From positions 2,176,001-2,240,000 of the forward strand of contig OZ242318.1 in assembly GCA_965208105.1 (NCBI GenBank): 64,000 nucleotides of DNA. Reading direction: 5' to 3'. The position numbers and the translations under genes were made by a program. Positions within the stretch are counted from its first letter, which is position 1. Each line of letters opens with the position of its first letter. Shown in pieces: positions 20,785-30,255 of this stretch. The DNA comes from Candidatus Latescibacterota bacterium. GTDB lineage: Bacteria > Latescibacterota > UBA2968 > UBA8231. The notes beneath the pieces were generated by a model, which saw only the letters and a list, made by a program, of their open reading frames with translations, was not told where the DNA came from and did no database searches.

Positions 20785-21000
20785 GGGGAAGCCTCCTTCT
20801 CCATGCCGCGGACAAGAGATTTTGCAAGCGGTTGGTAACGGACCTTTCCATTTCCTAGAGTTCCTCCGTATTGTTTTGTTGCCGGAGCCGGACGAGATGA
20901 TCCCGGCGGCTGCTTCAGGTCGGGACGGAAACGGCGGGGCGGAAGTATTCCGGATCCACGCACCGGTCGGCGCTCGACCGGCGTCCCGCGGTTTCAACGG

Positions 21001-21031
21001 ATACTTACCGGAAATCAACCGGAAACGTCGG
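21001..21031 (-). promoter_or_regulatory. Bipartite motif CCGACG-N14-CCGGTA, copy 1 (candidate promoter for the element sigma factor)
   Basis: Directly downstream of the sigma gene; same boxes and spacing at 24457-24488 and 37269-37300 despite a different spacer sequence. Confidence 0.5.
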
Positions 21032-21036
21032 CCCTC

Positions 21037-21627
21037 TCACCCCAGGTACTCTTTCAGTCCCGCCTCTTCGCAGATCTTGCGCAGCTTCCTGATGGACTCG
21101 TAGAGGGTGCCGCGTGGAACGCCGGTGGCGCTGGAGATCTCGGAGACGGTTTCCGCCTCGAGACGCCGGCACAGTTCGCGCAGCTCGGGCGGCAGCGTTT
21201 CGAGGAGGGCGGCCACGTCGATGGCCAGGTCGCGCAACTCCTCTGCCGGACGCGACCGCGTTCCGGTGCGCAGCATGTAGTCGTCCTGGTCGATGGTCTC
21301 CTCCCGCTCGAGGGAACGGCCGTCGGCGTCCTCGATGCGGTCGTTCAGCGACCAGCGGCAGCGGCGGTAGTCCCGCATGGCGGCCTTCTGCGCCTCTATG
21401 AGGCTGGCGATCTTGTGCTCGACCACGCGGGCGATGAAGGTGTTGCGCCGGGCGCGCGCGGGGTCGTAGCGCGGCAGCCGGCGCCAGAGATCGAAAACCA
21501 GCTCCTGCTCCAGGTCGTCGCGGTCGGAGACGCGGAATCCGGCCTTCCCTGCCAGTTGTCCAGATTTGTACCTGATTAGCTGAACCGCATACTCGTCGAT
21601 GCCGCCGTCGCGCTCGTCGAAACCCAC
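21037..21627 (-). CDS. ECF/sigma-70-like RNA polymerase sigma factor of the mobile element
   Basis: DDLEQEL...YDPAR..RNTFIARVV (region 2); TVSEISSATGVPRGTLY (region 4 HTH); GGAGG RBS before GTG. Confidence 0.85.
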   Translation of the reverse strand: MGFDERDGGIDEYAVQLIRYKSGQLAGKAGFRVSDRDDLEQELVFDLWRRLPRYDPARARRNTFIARVVEHKIASLIEAQKAAMRDYRRCRWSLNDRIEDADGRSLEREETIDQDDYMLRTGTRSRPAEELRDLAIDVAALLETLPPELRELCRRLEAETVSEISSATGVPRGTLYESIRKLRKICEEAGLKEYLG

Positions 21628-21920
21628 TGATCCTCCTCCTCCGAGCCGAGATTTTGAGGCGAACCCGGCGAGGAGTCCTCCCCCCGAGCTCGCGCGGAAT
21701 ATCCTGGAGCCCCGATGCGGGGATGAAGCTCCCGGCCCGGGGTTCACTCTTTACTGGCGAAATTTCGACGAGAGGAGGCCGAGACTTCGGAGGGCGCGGC
21801 GCAAGGAAGGCTTAGCTTGGGGAAATCAGGCAGTTGTGTGGTCTACCTGGAAAAGAGATTTTTTTAAAATTCTTTCCACTTCCTCGGCGAAAATTCGCAG
21901 AGGAGGGTGGGAGGGGACTC

Positions 21921-21965
21921 GGCCCGGGACGAGGGAGCCGGCGCTGGTGCGCAACCGGCGCCTTG
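21921..21965 (+). repeat. Invariant 45-bp hairpin-containing element, copy 1 of 3 (others at 24703-24747 and 37488-37532)
   Basis: GGCCCGGGACGAGGGAGCCGGCGCTGGTGCGCAACCGGCGCCTTG is identical in all three; stem GGCGCTGGT/ACCGGCGCC. Confidence 0.9.
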
Positions 21966-22121
21966 CCATTTGAAGCCGTAGATGGGTAGGTTGGAAAGGA
22001 AGAAGTCTTTAATTTTGGCGTCCTGAGCACATGCGTATGGGAAAGGCGAGCGTAATCTATGCCACCAGTGCCAGGATTTTATTAATCAAGACTTGAAGCA
22101 AGTGTTTAGGAACACATCATC

Positions 22122-22985
22122 TTGATATTCTTACTTCTGCTACCTCTGTCTCTTTTTGCCCAGGAAGAGATTTCCGTTTCCCTGCCTGGAGGGGAGCCGC
22201 TGGTAATGATAAAAGTGGAGGCAGGAACATTCCTGATGGGAACAAGCTATAAGCAGATCGAGGCCTGGAGAAAGGATAACGCCGAACGGCGAAAAATCCA
22301 GCCTACCAGCGCTGTCACCATGCCGATAAGCGGTGAGTGGCCCCAGCATACAGTTACCATAACCGAGCCCTTCTATCTGGGAAAGCGGGAAGTGAGTAGA
22401 AGGCAGTGGTTTGCTGTTATGGACCCGAATAGAGAAGAAGAGGACATTGGGGAGCCTATGAGCCGGATAACTTGGGGAGAAGTGCAGGATTTCATTGCTT
22501 TGCTCAACGCCCGATCCGGCCGGTTTTTTCGACTTCCAACGGAAGCAGAATGGGAATATGCCGCACGTGCCGGAACCACTACCTGGTGGTGGATGGGCAA
22601 CGATGTCCGTGAAGCAGCTCGTATTATTCTTGGTCCTTCCATGCCTAATCCATGGGGTTTTCTTGGCATTAGTGGTGGGGTGTGGGAATACATGGAGGAT
22701 GGGAAGAGGGAATATGGGAATAGCGATGAAGTTGATCCGATGGGGCCTGATCCGCGTGAGGGCAGAGAAGTAGTGGTGAGAGGCGGAGACGATGGAGAAT
22801 ATTTCTCATTGACGGAATCCCCCCACTGGCCCCATTACTGCAGGTCTGCTTATCGGATGACCTGGAATGTAAACCATAGGGCCAGCTATGTCGGATTCAG
22901 ACTTGTCCTCGAAGGCGACTCGTCTACAAACTTGGGAGGGGCTCGGAGTTGGGGAGTAATAAAGAAGCAGCGAAGTTTGCCCTGA
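22122..22985 (+). CDS. Secreted FGE-sulfatase/C-type-lectin-fold protein with SWGVIK tail
   Basis: Signal peptide; [29 protein letters not shown]; lacks the FGE catalytic Cys pair. Confidence 0.88.
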   Translation: MIFLLLLPLSLFAQEEISVSLPGGEPLVMIKVEAGTFLMGTSYKQIEAWRKDNAERRKIQPTSAVTMPISGEWPQHTVTITEPFYLGKREVSRRQWFAVMDPNREEEDIGEPMSRITWGEVQDFIALLNARSGRFFRLPTEAEWEYAARAGTTTWWWMGNDVREAARIILGPSMPNPWGFLGISGGVWEYMEDGKREYGNSDEVDPMGPDPREGREVVVRGGDDGEYFSLTESPHWPHYCRSAYRMTWNVNHRASYVGFRLVLEGDSSTNLGGARSWGVIKKQRSLP

Positions 22986-23160
22986 CTGGGAGTATTGGGA
23001 CTTACATCGAGAACTTGACAATCCGGATCGGGTCTCGGTAAATCAATGCCTAATGCGGTAGCAGCCGCAGAAGGCCGACACAGGAGGTCACATCTCCCAT
23101 GCCAAGACAACATACCCCCCTATCTACCCATTTCTGTGTGGTTTGACAAAGAAATGAAGA

Positions 23161-23191
23161 CGCCAGCTCGTTTTTTGGATACGAGCTGGCG
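23161..23191. terminator. Hairpin between convergent genes
   Basis: CGCCAGCTCGT-N9-ACGAGCTGGCG. Confidence 0.6.
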
Positions 23192-23240
23192 CCTTTGATA
23201 ATCGGGCTGTATAGTGGCTTTTCAGGGGCCTCCTTCCTGA

Positions 23241-24344
23241 TCAGGTGAGCGCCAGAGCGACCTCATCCATGTAGGAATTCTGCTCCTCTACGGTAATCCA
23301 ATCGTCCCCATCGTCTTCTCTATCGTCGCTGCGCCATTCGTTCCAGAAGGCGAAACTGTTCTGCCAGGGATCTCGAGCTGATCCGCCCGGATCCAGGCAG
23401 TTTTCGACACTGGATTGAATGCGATTGATACGCGCATTGATGCGATTTGCGGCAGGGCTATCCTCAATATCTTTGCTGCCCTGCTGGATCACAAAGAAAT
23501 ACTTCCTGTTCCCCTGATCAGCCGCCAGCCTGTTCCTCAGCGTATTGTCATACCCCTCCAAGTCCCAAGTGGCAATTTCTCTCACGGCGTTGGAGGCCGT
23601 TACCTGGTTGGTGCGAATGGTATATTCGGCGCCCGTTCCCACGTGGCTGTCTTCCCTGTGTGCAGGATAGATGATCAATGGGTGGCTGGTACCCAGCTTG
23701 CCAGCCAGGATATCCACCATACGTGCTTCTGCCTTGCACTGGAAATCCACGAAATGCCGATACAGCCGTCTCACATAGTCGTAAGGCGGAGTAGTGTAGG
23801 GATGGTCCACAGCAGGTCCGGTGCCGTTGTAGGCACTCAGCGGACTCGTTTTGCCCACACCGTCTAGATAGTTCCCCCACTCGGTCTGGTAGGTGGATTG
23901 CACAGCATCGTAGTCGCTCTGAGCATGGTCGTTTGCGTAGGCTGCCCACTTGCTGCCTTCTCTGAATATGCGCGGCTGGTACTCATGGTTCCAGCGCAAC
24001 CCCTTGAAGCGGCTGCCATAGGTGGACTTCGCATAGTTGAGCAGATCTCGCCAACCCGTATAGAACGCATGGTTGGGGTTGTCATACCAGGGATCCCGGT
24101 CAACCGACCCCCTGGCCCCGCTGTCGCTGTTACTGCCGCAACGCGAATCCCCCTGAAGATTAAGCGACAGCACGAAATCCAGGTTGGGATCAAAATGATC
24201 GTCCGGAGGTTGCAACGCCTGCCCTATCTTCGAGTTGGGAGTATCTGAATACATGTTCTCTAACTGCATGGTGTCAAAGCCAAAGTCGCCTGCATCGGCA
24301 CAGCCGATGTCTACCAGCAAACCACGGCCGTAGATGATTCTCAT
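23241..24344 (-). CDS. Uncharacterised island protein, paralog 1 (putative GH-like TIM barrel)
   Basis: MRIIYGRG...GDFGFDT, FKGLRWNHEY, HFVDFQCKA, SFAFWN shared with the paralogs at 32000 and 35256; AGGAGG RBS. Confidence 0.75.
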   Translation of the reverse strand: MRIIYGRGLLVDIGCADAGDFGFDTMQLENMYSDTPNSKIGQALQPPDDHFDPNLDFVLSLNLQGDSRCGSNSDSGARGSVDRDPWYDNPNHAFYTGWRDLLNYAKSTYGSRFKGLRWNHEYQPRIFREGSKWAAYANDHAQSDYDAVQSTYQTEWGNYLDGVGKTSPLSAYNGTGPAVDHPYTTPPYDYVRRLYRHFVDFQCKAEARMVDILAGKLGTSHPLIIYPAHREDSHVGTGAEYTIRTNQVTASNAVREIATWDLEGYDNTLRNRLAADQGNRKYFFVIQQGSKDIEDSPAANRINARINRIQSSVENCLDPGGSARDPWQNSFAFWNEWRSDDREDDGDDWITVEEQNSYMDEVALALT

Positions 24345-24493
24345 AAAAAGCCTCCTTTTGGAAATGGTGTGGTGGTTGTTCGAGTATGGTATACAATACT
24401 CCGGGACGAACCTCATCCGCGGGGTCGGGCCTTGCACGCTCCCGTCCCCTTCATCCATTACATACCGGAGAATGCCCGAAAACGTCGGCCCTC

Positions 24494-24560
24494 TCACTCC
24501 AGGCATTTCTTCAGTCCCGCCTCTTCGCAGGTCCCCGCAGTCTCTTGATCGACTCGCGGA
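24494..24560 (-). pseudogene. 3'-end remnant of the sigma-like gene
   Basis: TTCAGTCCCGCCTCTTCGCAG matches the 3' end of the sigma gene near 21054-21074; the rest of the gene is deleted. Confidence 0.75.
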
Positions 24561-24789
24561 AGGCGCGCGCAACGTCCCTTGCGGCGGGAAGCATGGAGGG
24601 CCCGGGTCGGAGAAAGCCGGCAGTTGTTCCGTTTACCTGGGAAGGGATATTTCTATTTGGGGCGTCCCCGGCGAATACTCGCAGGGTAGGATGGGGGGAA
24701 TGGGCCCGGGACGAGGGAGCCGGCGCTGGTGCGCAACCGGCGCCTTGTCACATAAAGCCGTAGATGTGTAGATTCGAAAGGAAAAGCAA

Positions 24790-25812
24790 ATGATGAAATA
24801 CCTGATTCTCGTACTCGCGGCCGCTCTTGCGGACCCGCTTGAAGCCCAGGAAGAGTTCATGCTGGCCTACGCCTCTTGGAGAGAGGGTCCGGAGGGAAGG
24901 GTGTTAGAGCTCTACCTGATGCGGGGGGACGGCTCGCGCAAGACGCGCCTGACCTTCAACGAGGGGCCAGAGAGAGATCCGGCGTGGTCGCCGGACGGCC
25001 GCCACATCTACTACTGGTTCAATCATCGCTGGCCATCGAACGACTTGTCGGGCAAGATATTTCGCATGACCCTTCCGGACCGCTCCATCGAACGGATAAC
25101 CTTGGCGGAGGGCGACTGGGGCCGTCCCAGCGTCTCACCCGCCGGCGACAGGCTGGCCGTGACCTTCCATCCCTACGACTCTTTACCGCCGTATCAGCTT
25201 CTCTTCATCGATATCGCCAGCGGACTCGCCACGACTGTGTTCGATATCGGTCTCACCCCCGACGACAATGATTTCTACTTCTACACGCCCGAGTGGTCCG
25301 ATACAGCGCCCGCCTGGTCCCCCGACGGCGAGCGATTGGCTTTCTCCTCCAATCGAGGCGGCGACTATGAAATATTTGTCCTGCACCTGGAGACCGGAGA
25401 CCTGCTGCAGATCACCGACAACGATGGGGATGACTCGCATCCCGCCTGGTCCCCCGACGGCCGGCGAATCGCCTTCAGCTCCAACCGCGCGGGCACCTGG
25501 GAAATCTTCGTCATGAATGCGGACGGCAGCGCGCCGGTCCAACTGACCAACACCCCGGTTTCGAAAGGTTCTCCCGCCTGGTCTCCCGACGGCGCCTTCA
25601 TTGCCTACCACGGGGTCTCCGACGACACCGGCCGCCGCAATTTTGACATCTACGTGATGAACGCGGACGGCACTGACATCAGGCGTCTGACCACCAACCC
25701 ACTTGGCGACGGTGACCCTGCCTGGTCCCCCGTTCCCCTGCCCGAGTCGTTCCTGCCCTCGGCGGTGGAGGTCCAATCCTGGGGCGCGATCAAGAACGCC
25801 CGGCGGCGCTGA
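24790..25812 (+). CDS. Secreted TolB/PD40 beta-propeller protein with SWGAIK tail
   Basis: Signal peptide; repeated PAWSPDG; C-terminal SAVEVQSWGAIKNARRR. Confidence 0.88.
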   Translation: MMKYLILVLAAALADPLEAQEEFMLAYASWREGPEGRVLELYLMRGDGSRKTRLTFNEGPERDPAWSPDGRHIYYWFNHRWPSNDLSGKIFRMTLPDRSIERITLAEGDWGRPSVSPAGDRLAVTFHPYDSLPPYQLLFIDIASGLATTVFDIGLTPDDNDFYFYTPEWSDTAPAWSPDGERLAFSSNRGGDYEIFVLHLETGDLLQITDNDGDDSHPAWSPDGRRIAFSSNRAGTWEIFVMNADGSAPVQLTNTPVSKGSPAWSPDGAFIAYHGVSDDTGRRNFDIYVMNADGTDIRRLTTNPLGDGDPAWSPVPLPESFLPSAVEVQSWGAIKNARRR

Positions 25813-26348
25813 GGCCGGGCAGGTTTCAACTGCAAGGGCAGTCCCGGAAAGAGCTGTCCGCTCCCGGGACCACCGTTCTGATTGCACCGATCCAGGATCA
25901 GAGACCACTTTCCCTGCACAAGAGTCGGGGCCGATTTCCTCGGAGAAGGTGGACGGAAGGTTCCTATCCGCCGCAGAGGAAGCGGTACAACCTCACCTCG
26001 CCCCGCTGCAATCCAAAGCTGCTCCCTTCCTCGTTGAAGGTCGCCCAGGACCCGTTCCGGGTCACCGGAACAATGCGGCCGGGCTCCGTGTTGTTCTCGG
26101 TGAAGTAGTCCGCGTAGCGGTTGTTGAGCACGATGAAATTCCCCGAACGATCGCCCAGGTTGCACTTGAACTTCACCTGCTTCGGGTAGGTATCGAGGGC
26201 AGCGGTGGAAGGGAGGAAAGTCGTGAATTGGGCATGAGACTGGGAAGTTGGGTCGTGGCCACCTCGGAGGTCGAGCCATAATGGAAAGGGCTTGAAACCT
26301 TCCCGGAGGTCTTGTAGGAATCTCGTCGATGCGTGCGAACTGTGAATT

Positions 26349-26560
26349 GTTACACCGCGTCCATCAACCAGATATTACTACAATACAAATTTGCAATTTT
26401 ACTGCCGTCGGGAGACCACGCAGGCCATCCTCCCCACCGACCATCTTTGAAAAGGTTCACCGGACTACCAGCTCCATCGGCATCGATCACCGAAAGTTCC
26501 TCCGGACACCTCCGGTTGTAGAGAATCCGGCTGCCGTCCGGCGACCACGGCCATCGTCGG
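26349..26560 (-). pseudogene. PD40-repeat gene fragment
   Basis: Minus frame reads WPWSPDGSRILY...WPAWSPDGSKIA...IWLMDAV* with no start codon. Confidence 0.65.
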
Positions 26561-26565
26561 TGTCC

Positions 26566-26737
26566 TTACCCTAATTTTCGCCGATAGTTGGGGAGCCTTC
26601 CCGGTTCCTGGAAAAAAAGCAGCTTGAGCATCCCCCAACTTGAGGACCGCATACTGGTAGGACTATGGGGCCCAATGGGGATGAACTGAATCCATTTTTC
26701 GTAGTTTTCTTCCTTGACCTCTTCTATTATTTGGTCC
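26566..26737 (-). pseudogene. C-terminal remnant of an SWG-tail protein cut by IS3
   Basis: ...GPHSPTSMRSSSWGMLKLLF next to the left IS end. Confidence 0.65.
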
Positions 26738-26803
26738 TGACCTTGCCCCCTTAAACGAGTCCAGGTACTGTGATAGTAACTGGACCATTTGAAGGAGGCA
26801 AGA

Positions 26804-27082
26804 ATGGCAAGGAAGCGATTTACGACCGAGCAGATTATCACCAAGCTGCGGGAGGCGGAGGTGCGCTTGGCCCAAGGGAAAACGGTGGTCCAAGCGTGCA
26901 AGCAGATGGGGATCACCGAGCAGACTTACTATCGGTGGAGAAAGGAATATGGCGGCCTGAAGATGGATCAGGCCAAGCGTCTCAAGGCTCTGGAGAAGGA
27001 GAATGGGCGGTTGAAGAAGCTGGTGGCGGACCTGTCTTTGGACAACCAGATCCTGAAGGAAGTTTCATCGGGAAACTTCTAA
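26804..27082 (+). CDS. IS3 transposase OrfA
   Basis: [19 protein letters not shown]...[11 protein letters not shown]; GGGAAAC slippery site near 27070. Confidence 0.92.
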   Translation: MARKRFTTEQIITKLREAEVRLAQGKTVVQACKQMGITEQTYYRWRKEYGGLKMDQAKRLKALEKENGRLKKLVADLSLDNQILKEVSSGNF

Positions 27083-27969
27083 GCCCGGCCAAGAGGAGGC
27101 GAGCCGTGACTTGGGTCCAAGATCGATGGGAACCTGGGCGCGTCTCCGAACGTCGGGCCTGCCGAGTGTTGGGACAGCCGCGATCTACGCAGCGAAGAGT
27201 CCGAGAGGTCCCCGAACAGGAGGCAAAACTGGTGGTCCGGATGGTGGAGCTGGCCAGCGAGTATGGCCGATACGGCTATCGCAGGATCACGGCCATGCTG
27301 CGTGGAGAGGGATGGGAGGTCAATCACAAGCGGGTGGAGAGACTCTGGAGGCAGGAAGGGCTGAAAGTCCCCAGCCGTCAGCCTAAGCGAAAGAGACTTT
27401 GGTTGACGGACGGCTCCTGTGTTCGCCTCCGACCGACCCACAGAAACCATGTGTGGAGCTATGATTTCCTTCATGATCGGACCGAGGACGGCCGGGCCTT
27501 TCGACTGTTGGCCATCCTCGATGAATACACCCGGGAATGTCTGGCGATGGATGTGGCCCGGCGGATGAGCCACCGGGATGTGATGGACCGGTTGGCCGAG
27601 CTGTTTATCGATCGGGGCGTACCGGAGTGTCTTCGTTCAGACAACGGCTCGGAGTTTACAGCTCAGGCGATCCGGGACTGGCTCAAGGCCATTGGGGTCA
27701 GGACGCTCTACATCGAGCCGGGCAGTCCTTGGGAGAATGGCTACGTGGAAAGTTTTAACGGAAAGCTCAGGGATGAGCTGCTCAACCGGGAGGTGTTTGA
27801 AACCCTGAGGGAAGCCCAGGTGCTGACCGAGAGATGGAGAGAGAGTATAACCAGATACGGCCTCACAGCGCATTGGCCTACCGGCCTCCAGCGCCGGAGG
27901 CCTTTCTGCCCAGGAGGCAGGCTGGGAATTCTCCCCTGCGGAATGGACCCATTATGGTTCCGGGACTAA
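27070..27969 (+). pseudogene. IS3 transposase OrfB (DDE), frameshifted near its 3' end
   Basis: [34 protein letters not shown]; the expected [16 protein letters not shown] lies in another frame after the GA run at about 27836-27845. Confidence 0.85.
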
Positions 27970-28003
27970 CTTAAAAACTGGCACCACTCTTGGGGGCAGG
28001 TCA

Positions 28004-28083
28004 GCAGTAACTATTAACTTTCTCTTTTGTATATCAATTTCTACTCTATTTATGGTTAGGTTTTCCAACCGTCTTTCATTCAT
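28004..28083 (-). pseudogene. N-terminal remnant of a small gene (paralog of 30256-30483) cut by IS3
   Basis: MNERRLENLTINRVEIDIQKRKLIVTA vs [27 protein letters not shown]. Confidence 0.8.
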
Positions 28084-28122
28084 TTCATTTCCTTCCGTAG
28101 AAATGTGATTGTGATTGATTAA

Positions 28123-28192
28123 ATGTGTCCCGGCCTCCTGAGTGGGAGATTCAGGCAACGGAGACCAAGCCGCCGCCTTAGCCGGGACACAT
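28123..28192 (-). ncRNA. Candidate three-way-junction RNA motif, copy 1
   Basis: Outer stem ATGTGTCCCGGC/GCCGGGACACAT with two inner hairpins; G-U pairs favour the minus strand. Confidence 0.5.
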
Positions 28193-29040
28193 CATTTTGT
28201 TTCCTTCTTGACCTTCCCCCAGCTTGTTTTCTCGATGGCGGTTGAGTTATCTTCCTCAAGTAGCATCCTGAATCCGAAATATGGCAAGGTAAATTTTGTC
28301 GGTGGGGCCATCCGATATGCAGAGCGGGTGTACCAGGGATGAGTAGGCCATTCAACAAGGTATCCATAGCCTCCATCGTCTCCGCCGCGCAGCAAAACCC
28401 GGCCTCCTGGCTTGGGACTATAGGGGTTGGTTGGATCTATTAAAGGCTGATCTTTATAATCTCTTTGGTCATCACTGGTGAATTCCATTACACCTGCATT
28501 CATATTATATAATCCCCACGGGTTGGGGAAGAGCTGCCAATTTTTCTCGATCCATTTATCGCCAAACCACCACAAGGTAGTAGTCCCGGCCCGCGCGGCA
28601 TATTCCCATTCGGCTTCTGTAGGCAAGCGGAAAGTTAGATCGGTTTGGTCGTTCAAGCGGTCTAAATATTCCTCAATATCAAAAATTGTGATATCATTTA
28701 TAAAGTGTTCAGGTTTTTCTACTTCTTGGTCTGGGTCCATGATAGAAAACCATTGACCTTTATTCACTTCTCTTTTGCCCAGATAAAAGCCCTTGGTTAT
28801 AGTTACTCGATGCTGCGGGAATTCTAAAGAATAAGGAATGGCGGCGAAGCTGAGGGGATGTTTATGAGAATTGTATTCGTCCCATTTCTCTTTCCATTCT
28901 ATGGGCGTTCCCATGAGAAATGTACCGGGTTCGATCCATATAAATTCCATAGACTCGCCCCCCGGTAGAGAGACAGTAATTTCTTCGGCATAGGTCCAGG
29001 CAGACCATGCCAGAAAAAGGACTACTATTGATTTTGTCAT
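28192..29040 (-). CDS. Secreted FGE/C-type-lectin-fold protein with SWGKVK tail
   Basis: [18 protein letters not shown] signal; [15 protein letters not shown]; [16 protein letters not shown]. Confidence 0.9.
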   Translation of the reverse strand: MTKSIVVLFLAWSAWTYAEEITVSLPGGESMEFIWIEPGTFLMGTPIEWKEKWDEYNSHKHPLSFAAIPYSLEFPQHRVTITKGFYLGKREVNKGQWFSIMDPDQEVEKPEHFINDITIFDIEEYLDRLNDQTDLTFRLPTEAEWEYAARAGTTTLWWFGDKWIEKNWQLFPNPWGLYNMNAGVMEFTSDDQRDYKDQPLIDPTNPYSPKPGGRVLLRGGDDGGYGYLVEWPTHPWYTRSAYRMAPPTKFTLPYFGFRMLLEEDNSTAIEKTSWGKVKKETK

Positions 29041-29336
29041 TTTGTTTTCTCCTTCTCTATCTTTTTTACCCTTCTGAGTATTTCGTCTAATCTTGCTACC
29101 ATATCGCCATATCTCTTTATCCTCCACACTCCCCGGATTCCGGTAGTCTCGATTAGTCCCTTTCCCCGTAGGCGAGAAAGTGCGGTAGTGATGGAGCAAT
29201 TAGGCCAATTTCCATTTATCCCGGCTTTTCTCCCGGTGGCCCGCTTGTTTTTCAATAGTGCCTGCTTGCGGAAATAGCCCTGTCCATTGGCTATTTTCTC
29301 GATATGCGCCATAACTGCATCTTCCAAAGAAGCCAC
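29037..29336 (-). CDS. Small basic winged-helix-like DNA-binding protein
   Basis: [26 protein letters not shown] (helix plus wing); RBS AGGAGA; ATGA coupling to the FGE gene. Confidence 0.65.
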   Translation of the reverse strand: MASLEDAVMAHIEKIANGQGYFRKQALLKNKRATGRKAGINGNWPNCSITTALSRLRGKGLIETTGIRGVWRIKRYGDMVARLDEILRRVKKIEKEKTK

Positions 29337-29450
29337 TATACTTTCTCCTATGTATTTCCCTCACTTTCTGGTATCCCGGACCAAAGGGAAGGGCTATAAA
29401 TTAAATATCAGAAATTCCCCTGTTCTCCATATTTAAATTTTTCTATATTC

Positions 29451-29587
29451 AAAAGAGCCGGGAACCACGTGATAGCTCAGTGTCTTCGCTCGGGAGCGGT
29501 TGTTGCCTTTCAGCAACGTGCTACGGAAAAGCTCGCTCCTCCGCGGTAGCTACTAACGACAAAGAGCCGTGCGGTTCCCGGCTTTTT
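29451..29587 (-). ncRNA. Candidate 137-nt structured RNA, copy 1
   Basis: Nested stems AGCCGGGAACC/GGTTCCCGGCT, GCTC/GAGC, TGTC/GACA, GGAGCG/CGCTCC and a GUUGCU-GAAA-GGCAAC hairpin. Confidence 0.55.
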
Positions 29588-29634
29588 CTTCGGAATAAGA
29601 ACATACTGAATCAGATTAGAAAATCTAATAAAAA

Positions 29635-29666
29635 AAGGCGCTACTTCTTTTATGAAGTAGCGCCTT
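29635..29666 (-). terminator. Rho-independent terminator (duplicated copy)
   Basis: AAGGCGCTACTTC-N6-GAAGTAGCGCCTT with a U-tract on the minus strand. Confidence 0.75.
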
Positions 29667-29847
29667 GTCTTTCTTGGGGTTCAGGCCCGGTTAGGTTAGT
29701 TCGTTCCTAACCCTGTTCATATAGGCCCTTTGCTCGGCAAGGGTGATCTCGGGATCTCCCCTTTTGTCGGGAATTACATAGGAAGGTTCCATAAGTGCAA
29801 TTATAGCAAGGAATTAGAGAAAAGGAGGATAGAAATGGACCAGGAAG

Positions 29848-30138
29848 TTAGCAGGAATCTTGAGGAGAATCAGGAGGAATATCGCCGCTCCTCATCTGAG
29901 AATCAAACCGATCAAAACCAGAGCCCTGGAGATCCCCAGGAATTGCCTTTACAAGATCCCGGGCAAATTCCAGCATCTTCTGATCTGAAGCAGAAATTTG
30001 ATCCCCCGATACCAGACGGGCTGAATTTAGGTGAATTTCATCTCGCAGTGTGGGATAGGCTTCGTGAAGCGATATTAAGAGAGCGGCAAGATACGTAGCT
30101 GCTAATTCTTTGCCTGGATCACTGAAAGTACATTTCAT
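29848..30138 (-). CDS. Hypothetical protein (96 aa)
   Basis: GGAGG RBS leader shared with the 28083 remnant; same strand as the operon. Confidence 0.55.
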   Translation of the reverse strand: MKCTFSDPGKELAATYLAALLISLHEAYPTLRDEIHLNSARLVSGDQISASDQKMLEFARDLVKAIPGDLQGSGFDRFDSQMRSGDIPPDSPQDSC

Positions 30139-30170
30139 CTCATTTCCTCCCGTAGAAATGTGATTGATTA

Positions 30171-30247
30171 AATGTGTCCCGGCTGGCCGGGGAGAGTTGG
30201 CCTTCAGGCAGCGGATTATCAGTCCGCTATCTTAGCCGGGGCACATT
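30171..30247 (-). ncRNA. Candidate three-way-junction RNA motif, copy 2
   Basis: Same outer stem and CUAAG/CCUGAA linkers as copy 1; inner stems differ in sequence but still pair. Confidence 0.5.
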
Positions 30248-30255
30248 AAAGTATT

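Larger units (their letters stand above)
24403..25835 (+). repeat. Duplicated cassette (sigma remnant, leader and PD40 gene), homologous to 37215-38607
   Basis: Colinear, high nucleotide similarity by eye from GGGACGAACCTCATCC to just past the PD40 stop codon. Confidence 0.88.
26738..28003 (+). mobile_element. IS3-family insertion sequence (1266 bp)
   Basis: Terminal IRs TGACCTTGCCCCC...GGGGGCAGGTCA; orfA/orfB arrangement; no target duplication (flanks GTCC and GCAG). Confidence 0.93.

Noticed and set aside
22122-22985. Catalytic formylglycine-generating enzyme
   Set aside because: The catalytic Cys pair is absent and there is no neighbouring sulfatase; treated as a binding-type FGE fold.
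25964-26279. Short minus-strand ORF fragments
   Set aside because: Probably decayed gene debris; no start context or motif supports a call.
29480-29710. 76-aa plus-strand ORF (also at 31789-32019) and ORF 29730-30098
   Set aside because: They overlap the structured RNA, terminator and better-supported minus-strand genes; the identity of the 76-aa pair just reflects the duplication.
28123-30247. Integron attC sites or hammerhead ribozymes
   Set aside because: No RYYYAAC/GTTRRRY boxes or integron integrase, and the hammerhead catalytic core is missing.
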